Source: Oscillospiraceae bacterium (GTDB lineage Bacteria > Bacillota > Clostridia > Oscillospirales > Oscillospiraceae). Taken from it: DNA of 64,000 bases. The stretch lies in contig JAEDIN010000001.1 in NCBI GenBank assembly GCA_016292445.1, forward strand, positions 19,996-83,995, in the 5' to 3' direction. The notes under the pieces were generated by a model. That model searched no databases. It was not told where the DNA came from and saw only the letters and a program-made list of their open reading frames with translations. Below are positions 38,604-47,853 of the stretch, piece after piece. The translations under genes were made by a program, and so were the position numbers. Every line of letters begins with the position of its first letter. Position 1 is the first letter of the stretch.

Positions 38604-39998
38604 ATGGTTTTTAGCAGTCTCAATTTCATTTTAATATTCTTCCCGATCTTTTTTATCTTCTACTACGCTACTCCTGACAGATACAAGAATTACACTCTGC
38701 TTATAGGCAGTCTTGCGTTTTACTTTGTAGGAACTATCAACGCTCCTTACCACTTCGTTTTGCTCATTGCCTGCATGATAGTTGATTATCTTGTCGGTCT
38801 GGGTATCGAGAGATTTAGAAGATATAAAAAAACCCTGCTTATAGCAGGAATTGTATTTCATCTTATTTGCCTGTGCACTTTTAAATATGCAGGATTTGTG
38901 ATTGGGGAGCTCGGAAAGATTTCCGATAGTATTAATCTCACAACGGACATTATCCTGCCGATAGGCATATCCTTTTACACCTTCCAAGGCATCTCATATC
39001 TTGTAGATGTATACAGAGTAACCGTTCAGGCAGAAAAAAGTCTGTTGTGCTACTGCGTATATATCTCAATGTTTGAGCAGCTTATTGCAGGTCCTATCGT
39101 TACCTATGGATTAGTCCAATATGATCTGGAAAAGCGAAACATTTGGATTGAAGATGCGCTTAAAGGATTTGCAACCTTTATTTTCGGCTTAGGTCTGAAG
39201 GTGCTGCTTGCAAATCCACTCGGCAAGCTCTGGTCTCAATCACTTGCCATTGGCTTTGAGAGCATCTCAACGCCCCTTGCCTGGATGTCTGTTATAGCAT
39301 ATTCGTTCCAGATTTACTTTGACTTTTTCGGCTATTCTTTGATGGCCATAGGTTTGGGCAAGATGCTTGGCTTCGAATTACCGATAAACTTTAATCACCC
39401 TTACACGAGCCTTACGATGACCGAATTTTGGAGACGTTGGCACATCACCCTAGGCTCGTGGTTCAGAGAATATGTATATATACCGCTCGGCGGCAGCAAA
39501 AAGGGCGCCGGAAGGACTGTTTTAAACCTGTTGATTGTCTGGCTGCTGACGGGTATTTGGCACGGAGCCGGCTACAATTTCGTGCTTTGGGGCTTTATGC
39601 TCTTCCTGATCATATTCATCGAAAAATTCTTTATCGGAAAATTCCTGACCGAGCACCGCACTATCGGCCATATATACATGATACTGCTAATACCGCTTAG
39701 CTGGGCGGTGTTTGCCGTGACCGATTTTTCGCAGCTCGTAGTTTTGTTCACTCGGCTGTTCCCGTTCTTCGGTCAAAGTGCTTGGTCGGTATTCAGATAT
39801 GATTATCTGAAATACCTTGAGTTGTATTACCCGTTCCTTATTATAGGCGTTCTTTTTTCCACCAAACTGCCATATAAGCTACTTAAACGGGTAAAAAGCA
39901 AAATCGTGATAACTGTTTTTCTTGCCGCAATATTCCTTGCAAGCCTTTACTGCATGTATCAGGGACTTGACGACCCGTTTTTATATTTTAGATTCTAA
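38604..39998 (+). CDS. MBOAT-family membrane O-acyltransferase (AlgI/DltB/PatA-like)
   Basis: N-terminus MVFSSLNFILIFFPIFF and catalytic His region FWRRWHITLGSWFREYVYIPLGG; polytopic. Confidence 0.9.
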   Translation: MVFSSLNFILIFFPIFFIFYYATPDRYKNYTLLIGSLAFYFVGTINAPYHFVLLIACMIVDYLVGLGIERFRRYKKTLLIAGIVFHLICLCTFKYAGFVIGELGKISDSINLTTDIILPIGISFYTFQGISYLVDVYRVTVQAEKSLLCYCVYISMFEQLIAGPIVTYGLVQYDLEKRNIWIEDALKGFATFIFGLGLKVLLANPLGKLWSQSLAIGFESISTPLAWMSVIAYSFQIYFDFFGYSLMAIGLGKMLGFELPINFNHPYTSLTMTEFWRRWHITLGSWFREYVYIPLGGSKKGAGRTVLNLLIVWLLTGIWHGAGYNFVLWGFMLFLIIFIEKFFIGKFLTEHRTIGHIYMILLIPLSWAVFAVTDFSQLVVLFTRLFPFFGQSAWSVFRYDYLKYLELYYPFLIIGVLFSTKLPYKLLKRVKSKIVITVFLAAIFLASLYCMYQGLDDPFLYFRF

Positions 39999-40015
39999 AT
40001 TCCGAGGAAACAAAC

Positions 40016-40783
40016 ATGAAAAAATCAAACGCAATCACATTGGCAATTCTCTTGATTTTTACCGCGGGTGTACTTATATTTACCTCTCGCTCCGGCGAAG
40101 CTGAACCCTATATCAAGCCCGGCGCACAGCCGACTACCCCTGATATCACGGCAACTCCCACACCCCAGCCGACAAAGCCTGCCGAAACTAAGCCTTTGCC
40201 GAGCCTACAGCCGGCGAGCATGAAGGACGCATTGTTCATCGGTGATTCCAGGACCGTAGGAATAAGAGAATATGCCGGTCTGGACGATGCCGATTTTTTC
40301 TGCAGCGTCGGCATGAACATATTTGATGTCACAAATGAGCGCCTTTCTGTACAATCAGTCGGAAATGTAACACTTTCTGAGTTGTTATCAAACAAAATGT
40401 ATAGTAAAATATATATTATGCTCGGCATTAACGAGATTGGATATAATCATCAGTCCATCGTTGAAAAATACGGCAAGGTTTTGGAGCTTATTAAGAGCAA
40501 GCAGCCCGATGCGAGCATATTCGTCGAAGCAAATCTCCATGTTGCAAAATCTCGTTCAGACAGCGATAAAGTCGTAAACAATCCGTCAATTAATGACCTC
40601 AACTCGAAGCTGGCAGCGTTTGCGGATAACAAAAAGGTTTTTTACATCGATGCAAACACGATTTTTGACGATGAAGGCGGAAATCTTTCCGCGGATTTGA
40701 CATCGGACAATACACATCTTTACGCTAAATATTATGCCGAATGGGGCGATTGGATTTGTAAGGAGACGGCAAAGTATATTTAG
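40016..40783 (+). CDS. Membrane-anchored SGNH/GDSL-like hydrolase or acyltransferase (PatB/AlgJ-like partner of the MBOAT)
   Basis: N-terminal TM and a Pro/Thr-rich linker, followed by SGNH block I FIGDSRT, block III LGINEIG and block V DNTHL. Confidence 0.75.
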   Translation: MKKSNAITLAILLIFTAGVLIFTSRSGEAEPYIKPGAQPTTPDITATPTPQPTKPAETKPLPSLQPASMKDALFIGDSRTVGIREYAGLDDADFFCSVGMNIFDVTNERLSVQSVGNVTLSELLSNKMYSKIYIMLGINEIGYNHQSIVEKYGKVLELIKSKQPDASIFVEANLHVAKSRSDSDKVVNNPSINDLNSKLAAFADNKKVFYIDANTIFDDEGGNLSADLTSDNTHLYAKYYAEWGDWICKETAKYI

Positions 40784-40833
40784 AAAGTGATAATAAATAA
40801 TCTGTAATAGTATATTTTGACAGCCAAAACAAC

Positions 40834-40872
40834 AAAAAGCTGACACCGATGCAAGCTTGGTGTCAGCTTTTT
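40834..40872. terminator. Bidirectional rho-independent terminator
   Basis: AAAAAGCTGACACC..(11-nt loop)..GGTGTCAGCTTTTT between convergent genes. Confidence 0.8.
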
Positions 40873-40906
40873 GTTTGAACATATATTTCTGATTATGGGT
40901 ATTAAA

Positions 40907-41641
40907 TTACTCTTCCCAGTTGTGCCAGACATTTTGAACATCGTCATTATCCTCGAACATATCGAGCATCTTTGTTATGTTCTTGATATCATCCTCATTT
41001 GTGAGCTTGATGTATCCGTTCTGAGGCAGCATCTCGACCTGTGCGGAAAGAAGCTTATAACCCTTTGCGATTATTGCCTCGGCAACTGCGGTGACATCGT
41101 CGGGCTTGGTGTAAACAACAAAGGTCTCGCCATCGGGCTCAAAATCGTCTGCACCGGCATCAAGGGCTTCCATCATGACGGTATCCTCGTCAAGTTCCTC
41201 ATCCTCGTTGTCGATAACGATAACGCCCTTCTTGTCAAAGGACCATGAAACACAGTTTGCTGCACCCATGTTTCCGCCGTACTTATCAAAATAGTGACGA
41301 ATCTCACCTGCCGTGCGGTTGCGGTTATCGGTCATAGTCTCAACAATGATAGCAACGCCGTTAGGACCGTAGCCTTCGTAAACTATCTTTTCGTAGTTGT
41401 CGGTATTACCGGCGCCGAGCGCCTTGTCGATTGTGCGCCTGATGTTATCGTTCGGCATATTGGCTGCCTTTGCCTTGGTGATAACCGCTGCAAGGCGAGA
41501 ATTGTTGTTGGGGTCACCGCTGCCGCCTTCCTTGACCGCAACTATCATTTCTCTTGCGATCTTGGTAAAGGCCTGTGCGCGTTTGGCATCCGCCGCACCC
41601 TTAGTCTTCTGTATATTGTGCCATTTGGAATGTCCTGACAT
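40907..41641 (-). CDS. yebC: YebC/PmpR-family DNA-binding transcriptional regulator
   Basis: MSGHSKWHNIQ..K...D.KR is a hallmark N-terminus; 244 aa. Confidence 0.93.
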   Translation of the reverse strand: MSGHSKWHNIQKTKGAADAKRAQAFTKIAREMIVAVKEGGSGDPNNNSRLAAVITKAKAANMPNDNIRRTIDKALGAGNTDNYEKIVYEGYGPNGVAIIVETMTDNRNRTAGEIRHYFDKYGGNMGAANCVSWSFDKKGVIVIDNEDEELDEDTVMMEALDAGADDFEPDGETFVVYTKPDDVTAVAEAIIAKGYKLLSAQVEMLPQNGYIKLTNEDDIKNITKMLDMFEDNDDVQNVWHNWEE

Positions 41642-41685
41642 CTTTTAACAGCTCCTCTAAAAGTTTAAATTCAAATTAACGGCAG

Positions 41686-42948
41686 TTATTTTATCACATT
41701 ATCCGTGTCATGACAAGAACTAATTCGTCTGCATTCAAGATAATACCGCTTGTCCGGACCATGACCTATTGAAAAGCTTTTTTTGGGGAACGGACCGCTT
41801 TTGTAAACGGAGGTAAATAACTCTGATTTTTCCATCTTCGGCATCAGAATACCGGCGTCATGCTCTTTGCCTGCCATACCGATACACTCCTCATCACCGT
41901 GAATGTAGTCGATTCTGCCGCCGTAGCGCTCGATATATCCTTTGCAGAAGCTTTCGCATGAGCCTATCAGCTCGCCGAGCGTCATATCGGAAAGCTCAAT
42001 GGTCTCGGTTTTGTCACGGGTGACGAGCGTTATCTGTCTGCCCTTGCCGACATGCTTTGCAAAAAAACGGTTTGCCTCCGCAAAGAAGTTTTCAGGCTCG
42101 GTATCGAACAGGACCTTATGTATCGGCTCAAAGGTTATAGACGGAGAATGTATATTTACGACTTCGGCAAGCGCAAATCGCGCAGGGTGCTTTTCCTTTT
42201 CCGCTTCACTGAGCTTTGGCTTTAATTCCTCCCAATACTGCTTTGCCGCGGCAATGCTGTGATTTCCGTCACCCATAGCAAATATTATTGGATCTTTGTA
42301 GCTTCCGTACTTATTTATCAGTTCATTTTTCTCGCTCAGTTTTGAAACGGCTTCTTTAATTGCGGCATTATCTGATATCTGCCAGCCCCTTATATAGCCG
42401 CCGTTTTGCATAAGCTCGAAATCGTATAGGAGTTTGCCCTTTTTTACCGCGGAAAACACATGGTTTTCGGGGTCATCGATAAAGACCATGATATGCGGCA
42501 TCTCAACAAGTGCCTTTTCGCGCACTCTTACTCGAGGTGGCAATCTGTCCTCCACCGTATGTTCCGTTGCCCTTATCGGTGATGACGAACCCTCTGCCCA
42601 ATCATATTCCTCGAGATCAAACATGCCGATTATACCGTGGCGCACTGTTTCATCGGATAGCGTTCTTTCAAGAAATATAAAGCTATCGCTGAACTCTGCG
42701 AAAACGCCGCTGTCAAGGTATTGACGCATAACGGTGTAAATTCTATCGCTTTCGGCATCGGCGTCCTTAACGCCGAGTTCGGCTTCGGGCAAAATCATGT
42801 TTAGAGTAGAGGGTTTATCACCGACTCTTTTACGCACCTCCTGCCAATACTCTGGTTCGGAAGTGAATTGGTCGCAGGCAACAACACTCCATGCAGTCAT
42901 GTCCTCAACGGTCGGCAAAAGTATCTCTGCAGGTCTGAAAACATCCAA
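41686..42948 (-). CDS. Conserved hypothetical protein, probably DUF1015 family
   Basis: 420 aa; the N-terminus F.PA..LLP....... and the C-terminal FPKKSF...KRYYLE resemble DUF1015. The assignment is from memory only. Confidence 0.5.
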   Translation of the reverse strand: MDVFRPAEILLPTVEDMTAWSVVACDQFTSEPEYWQEVRKRVGDKPSTLNMILPEAELGVKDADAESDRIYTVMRQYLDSGVFAEFSDSFIFLERTLSDETVRHGIIGMFDLEEYDWAEGSSSPIRATEHTVEDRLPPRVRVREKALVEMPHIMVFIDDPENHVFSAVKKGKLLYDFELMQNGGYIRGWQISDNAAIKEAVSKLSEKNELINKYGSYKDPIIFAMGDGNHSIAAAKQYWEELKPKLSEAEKEKHPARFALAEVVNIHSPSITFEPIHKVLFDTEPENFFAEANRFFAKHVGKGRQITLVTRDKTETIELSDMTLGELIGSCESFCKGYIERYGGRIDYIHGDEECIGMAGKEHDAGILMPKMEKSELFTSVYKSGPFPKKSFSIGHGPDKRYYLECRRISSCHDTDNVIK

Positions 42949-43518
42949 TCAGAGCACCTCCAGGGCTATCTGCGTCCATGTTTCCATGTTCTCGTAGTTT
43001 GAATTCAATTCAGGCAGAGTCATCCAAAGCCCTTCCAGCTTCTCGGTTTCCTTTACAGAAACATTGCCCTCGACCTTCAGCGTAAAGCATGCACCGAGGT
43101 GAACTCTGCCGACACTGTTTGAGTCGTCGTTAATAAAACCGCAGGAAACAAGCTCACCATGCTTATCAAGCTCGACTTCCTCGTGTATCTCTCTCCACAG
43201 GCCCTCCATGAGCATATCGCCCTGCTCGTCAACAGGGTTAATATGTCCGCCGATGCCTATCGATATCTTACCGTGAAGTCTCGCCTCACCGCCCTTATTG
43301 AGCCTGCGAGTGACAAACACCTTGTCGCCCTGACGAAGTATTACATAGGGGATTATCTGCTTGAAATCAGGTCTCTCCTCCGCCTCGGGTCTGGGCAGAT
43401 ATTCGTGCCCATTGCGTACTATTTCAAGCAATTCGGGCACATTTTCGGTTATCAGTCCGTTTCTTCCGGCTATGTATTTTTCGATTTTTTCTCTTTTTAC
43501 AACTAATACCTGTTCCAT
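42949..43518 (-). CDS. NUDIX-like hydrolase (divergent Nudix box)
   Basis: GGHINPVDEQGDMLMEGLWREIHEEVEL approximates G-x5-E-x7-REUxEExGU with substitutions. The start ATG overlaps the glpK stop (TAATG). Confidence 0.5.
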   Translation of the reverse strand: MEQVLVVKREKIEKYIAGRNGLITENVPELLEIVRNGHEYLPRPEAEERPDFKQIIPYVILRQGDKVFVTRRLNKGGEARLHGKISIGIGGHINPVDEQGDMLMEGLWREIHEEVELDKHGELVSCGFINDDSNSVGRVHLGACFTLKVEGNVSVKETEKLEGLWMTLPELNSNYENMETWTQIALEVL

Positions 43519-45020
43519 TACTCTTCCCACTTTGCCGAACGCTCGACGGCGCGCAGCCATGTATCATGCAGTTTTTTTGCATTATTTTCATCCATAACAG
43601 GCTCAAATATCCTGTCTGATTGTCTGAGCTCGCTTATCTCATCAACGCTGCTCCAAACTCCCGTTGCAAGGCCTGCGAGGAATGCCGCGCCGAATGCCGT
43701 AGTCTCGACCATTTGAGGTCTGTCAATAGGCTTTCTAAGCAGGTCTGACTGGAATTGCATCAGGAAATTATTGACCGAAGCGCCGCCGTCAACACGCAGG
43801 GCGGATAGCTTTTCACCGGCGTCGGATTCCATTGCGTCAAGCAGATCCTTAACCTGATAAGCTATGCCCTCAAGTGCCGCTCTTGCAATGTGCGCTTTCG
43901 TGCTGCCTCTTGTCAGACCGACAATCGCACCTCTTGCATACATATCCCATCTCGGCGCACCAAGACCGGTAAATGCCGAAACAAGATAAACGCCGCCATT
44001 ATCGGGTACGGATGTAGCAAGAGCTTCGCATTCCGAGGAGGAACCGAGGAGTCCGACCTCGTCCCTTAGCCATTGAATGGAGCTGCCGGCGTTGAAAACA
44101 CTGCCCTCGAGAGCATATGTAGTCTTGCCGTTAACAGACCATGCAACACTTGTTACTAAACCGTTCCTGCTTCTAACCGACTGACTGCCGGTATTCATGA
44201 GAGTAAAGCAGCCTGTTCCATAGGTGTTTTTTGCCTGGCCACGGTTAATGCAGCCCTGACCGAAAAGTGCAGCAGCCTGGTCGCCTGCGCTGCCGCAAAC
44301 AGGTGTTCCGGCAAGTATTTCGATACCTGTAATGCCGGGTGCAACTGTGCCGTAAATCATAGACGATGGCACGGGAGTGGGGAGCATACACATAGGGATA
44401 TCCAGAGCCTTGCATAGCTTTTCGTCCCATTTAAGCTCGTCGATATCAAATATCATAGTTCTTGAGCAATTGGAATAGTCTGAAACATGAGCCTTGCCGC
44501 CTGTCAGATTCCAGATGAGCCATGAATCGACATTTCCGAACAGCAGTTCACCGTTTTCCGCCTTTTCTCGAGCTCCCGGGACATTGTCAAGTATCCACTT
44601 GATTTTAGTTCCTGAAAAATACGCATCGATAAGCAGGCCTGTCTTTTCCTGAACATAATCGCCGATACCGGCTTTTTCAAGCTCCTCACAAAGCGGTGCC
44701 GTTCTTCTGCACTGCCAGACTATTGCATTATAAACCGGTTTACCGGTTGCTTTTTCCCAAACTATGGTGGTCTCACGCTGATTTGTTATGCCGATACCGG
44801 CAATGTCGGTAGGTGAAAGACCGCTCTTTTCAAAAGCTTCTGCCATAGCTCTCAGCTGAGTGTCAAGTATCACCATAGGGTCGTGCTCTACCCAACCGGG
44901 CTTGGGAAATATCTGTGGGAAAGGATACTGTCCCACCGCAACGGGTATTCCCTTCGAGTCAAAGATTATCGCTCTTGAGCTGGTAGTACCCTGATCGAGA
45001 GCTATTACATAACCGTTCAT
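43518..45020 (-). CDS. glpK: Glycerol kinase
   Basis: [24 protein letters not shown] and the FGGY-family C-terminus; 500 aa. Confidence 0.95.
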   Translation of the reverse strand: MNGYVIALDQGTTSSRAIIFDSKGIPVAVGQYPFPQIFPKPGWVEHDPMVILDTQLRAMAEAFEKSGLSPTDIAGIGITNQRETTIVWEKATGKPVYNAIVWQCRRTAPLCEELEKAGIGDYVQEKTGLLIDAYFSGTKIKWILDNVPGAREKAENGELLFGNVDSWLIWNLTGGKAHVSDYSNCSRTMIFDIDELKWDEKLCKALDIPMCMLPTPVPSSMIYGTVAPGITGIEILAGTPVCGSAGDQAAALFGQGCINRGQAKNTYGTGCFTLMNTGSQSVRSRNGLVTSVAWSVNGKTTYALEGSVFNAGSSIQWLRDEVGLLGSSSECEALATSVPDNGGVYLVSAFTGLGAPRWDMYARGAIVGLTRGSTKAHIARAALEGIAYQVKDLLDAMESDAGEKLSALRVDGGASVNNFLMQFQSDLLRKPIDRPQMVETTAFGAAFLAGLATGVWSSVDEISELRQSDRIFEPVMDENNAKKLHDTWLRAVERSAKWEE

Positions 45021-45041
45021 ATCTATTCCTCCAGTTTTTTG

Positions 45042-45070
45042 TTGACTAATGAAATATCTCGATATAAAAT
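45042..45070 (+). promoter_or_regulatory. Sigma-A promoter of the hydrolase gene
   Basis: TTGACT (45042-45047), 17 nt, TAAAAT (45065-45070). Confidence 0.6.
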
Positions 45071-45110
45071 CATCTTGTTGATATCATAACATAAAGAGAG
45101 GATTATTTCC

Positions 45111-46040
45111 ATGCCTACTTTTAGAGATTTCTATTTTAATTCAAGCACGGGTAAGAATAAAATTCACGCCCGTATGTGCACTCCTGACGCGGAGCCCAAG
45201 GCCATAGTACAGATCATCCACGGAATAGCCGAGTACATTGACAGATACGATGATTTTATGACTTTTCTTGCAAACAACGGCTTTATTGCCGTAGGTACCG
45301 ATCATCTCGGTCACGGCAAGAGCATCGAAAAAGAAGATCAGCGAGGCTTTTTTGCTTATGAAAACGGTTGGGATTATGCAGTTCGTGACGAAGAAGTTCT
45401 AAGACTTGCAATGCGTGAAAATTATCCCGAGCTGCCAATAATCGTATTCGGTCACAGTATGGGAAGCTTTATGGCGCGTACCCTCATCATCCGTTATCCG
45501 GAGGCATATAATGCTGCCGTAATAAGTGGTACGGGCAACCAAGGTGCCGCGCTTGTAAACGGCGGCCTGTTTATGGGCAATCTCGTCACCGGTCTCATGG
45601 GCGCTCATCACTACAGTAAGCTGCTTAATAATTTGGCGTTCGGCAGCTATAACAAGATATATGAAAACCCCAAGACAGACTATGACTGGCTGTCAAGAGA
45701 CGAGGCAAATGTTCAAAAGTACATAGATGATCCCCTCTGCGGTTTTATCCCCTCATGCAGCCTGTTTCGCGATATGATGACCGGTGTAAAATTCATTACA
45801 AATAAGAAAAACCTTACGGAAATGAATAAGGATATGCCCGTATACTTCATGTCCGGTTCAATGGACCCTGTCGGCGAATGCGGCAAGGGTGTAGAGAAAG
45901 CGTACAACAACTTTATTGAAGCAGGAATGAACGATGTAAGCATTAAGCTTTACCCCGAGGGCAGGCACGAAATGCTCAACGAGATAAATAAAGAAGAGGT
46001 TTATTCGGATGTTCTTGCTTGGTTAAACAGCAAATTATAA
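45111..46040 (+). CDS. Alpha/beta hydrolase (lysophospholipase / monoacylglycerol lipase-like)
   Basis: HG..E...RY, nucleophile elbow GHSMGS, and a C-terminal His in GRHE. Confidence 0.8.
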   Translation: MPTFRDFYFNSSTGKNKIHARMCTPDAEPKAIVQIIHGIAEYIDRYDDFMTFLANNGFIAVGTDHLGHGKSIEKEDQRGFFAYENGWDYAVRDEEVLRLAMRENYPELPIIVFGHSMGSFMARTLIIRYPEAYNAAVISGTGNQGAALVNGGLFMGNLVTGLMGAHHYSKLLNNLAFGSYNKIYENPKTDYDWLSRDEANVQKYIDDPLCGFIPSCSLFRDMMTGVKFITNKKNLTEMNKDMPVYFMSGSMDPVGECGKGVEKAYNNFIEAGMNDVSIKLYPEGRHEMLNEINKEEVYSDVLAWLNSKL

Positions 46041-46049
46041 TAATACTTC

Positions 46050-46084
46050 AAACGGCACTGTCAGCTTAGACAGTGCCGTTTGTT
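46050..46084. terminator. Bidirectional rho-independent terminator
   Basis: 13-bp stem AAACGGCACTGTC / GACAGTGCCGTTT, followed by GTTT. Confidence 0.8.
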
Positions 46085-46092
46085 TCTGAAAA

Positions 46093-47127
46093 TCAGTTTT
46101 TCATTTCCCTGTTTCTGAGGAAGTTCATCATACCGTCCTGCATGTAATCGAGTCTGGGCAGCATCTTACCTGCTCCGTGTACAGTACAGGCAATCGGGTC
46201 ATCAACAAGCATTGTGCTGATGCCTGTGCTTTTTTCAACAAGGCTGTCCATTCCGAATATCATACTACCGCCGCCGGACATGATAATTCCGTTATCTGCA
46301 AGGTCGCCGATAAGCTCAGGGGGAGTTCTTTCAAGCACAGCATGAACACTCTCAAGAATAAGGCTTGCCGGCTCTCGAAGAACTTCGACGAGCTCAGACG
46401 CACTTACCTCTACGGTTTTAGGCAGTCCTGTCATAAGGTCTCTGCCCTTGACCTCCTCTATCGAATCGACACCCGCTTTAAGTTCAATGCCTCCGATATT
46501 GATTTTAAGCTCTTCTGCGGTCCTTTCGCCTATAAGCAGGTTGTGCTTCTTTTTGATATACCTGATAATTGCTTCATCGAAGCTGTGACCCGCAGTCTTT
46601 ATAGACTCGCACTCTACAACACCGCCCATTGATACGACCGCAACATCGGTCGTGCCGCCGCCAATATCAATGACCATATGTCCGTCGGCCTTATTAATAT
46701 CAACGCCTGCACCTACTGCTGTCGCAACTGCATTCTCAACTAAGTAAACCTTTCTTGCGCCGGCTTCTATTGCAGCATCAATAATGGCTCGCTCTTCAAC
46801 GCCGGTGATACTGCTCGGAACGCACATAAGAAGTCTGGGCTTAAACAGGCTAAACGAGGTCACGCGGCTGACTAACTCACGGAGCATCATTGCCGACATA
46901 TCATAGTCGGAAATAACACCGTTGCTGATGGGGTGGATAGCGACGACATTTGCCGGGGTGCGGCCAAGCGTTTTCTTCGCCTCCTCGCCTATTTTCAGCA
47001 TTCTGCCGTTATTTTTATCCACGGCAACAACAGTAGGCTCGCGCAGGGCAACGCCGCTGCCCAAGACAAAAACCTGCGTTGATGAGGTTCCCATATCTAT
47101 TGCAATGTCTCTTTCAAATATAACCAT
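46093..47127 (-). CDS. mreB: Rod-shape-determining actin homologue MreB/Mbl
   Basis: IAIDMGTSST, DIGGGTTD, GGGS. No mreC or mreD is adjacent, so it may be a paralogue. Confidence 0.9.
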   Translation of the reverse strand: MVIFERDIAIDMGTSSTQVFVLGSGVALREPTVVAVDKNNGRMLKIGEEAKKTLGRTPANVVAIHPISNGVISDYDMSAMMLRELVSRVTSFSLFKPRLLMCVPSSITGVEERAIIDAAIEAGARKVYLVENAVATAVGAGVDINKADGHMVIDIGGGTTDVAVVSMGGVVECESIKTAGHSFDEAIIRYIKKKHNLLIGERTAEELKINIGGIELKAGVDSIEEVKGRDLMTGLPKTVEVSASELVEVLREPASLILESVHAVLERTPPELIGDLADNGIIMSGGGSMIFGMDSLVEKSTGISTMLVDDPIACTVHGAGKMLPRLDYMQDGMMNFLRNREMKN

Positions 47128-47196
47128 TGTTTACTCCAATCCGCCGGGCATTTATCGGCGACTTTATATAATAATTCTATCCCTATTATTCAAATA

Positions 47197-47853
47197 TCAA
47201 TCTTCGCGGCGCGCAAGAGTAACGCAATATACTGCTTTTGCGCCCGATTTTTTCAGTATTCTTGCACATTCGGAAACGGTAGAACCCGTTGTTACCACAT
47301 CATCGACTAATAGTATGTATTTACCCTTCACTTTCTCGGCATCAACGACCCTGTACGCTCCGATAACATTTGCCGCACGCTGTTTGCTATCTTTAATGGT
47401 AGACTGCGCTGTGTTGTGTCTGATCTTTTTCAGCGTTGGCAGATATTCTACCCCAACTTTTTTCGATATTTCCTTTGCGAGGAGTTCTGCCTGATTGTAG
47501 CCTCTGTCATGCATTCTTTTCCTGCTCAACGGTATACATGATATCATATCAATACTGCCGCAATCAAGATTATTTTCAGCGCATTCCGACATTATTCCCC
47601 CGAGTCTGCGGCTATAACATGAACAACCGGCAAACTTAAAGCGCAAAACCGCGCGCCGGACATAGTCCTTGTAGTATAGCGGTGATATACATTTGTCAAC
47701 GAACGGAAATTTCTGATATATACTGTCTCCCTTTGTAAAAGGCAAAGATTTTTCACATTCTTCGCATATATCCGATTTATCTATCACCGTTCCGCAGAAC
47801 ACGCATTTCGGCGGATAGATAAGACTTAAAATATAATCAAAAACCTTAATCAT
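47197..47853 (-). CDS. comFC: ComF-family protein (ComFC-like phosphoribosyltransferase fold)
   Basis: N-terminal double CxxC and PRTase motif LLVDDVVTTGST. It overlaps recD2 by 8 nt. Confidence 0.85.
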   Translation of the reverse strand: MIKVFDYILSLIYPPKCVFCGTVIDKSDICEECEKSLPFTKGDSIYQKFPFVDKCISPLYYKDYVRRAVLRFKFAGCSCYSRRLGGIMSECAENNLDCGSIDMISCIPLSRKRMHDRGYNQAELLAKEISKKVGVEYLPTLKKIRHNTAQSTIKDSKQRAANVIGAYRVVDAEKVKGKYILLVDDVVTTGSTVSECARILKKSGAKAVYCVTLARRED

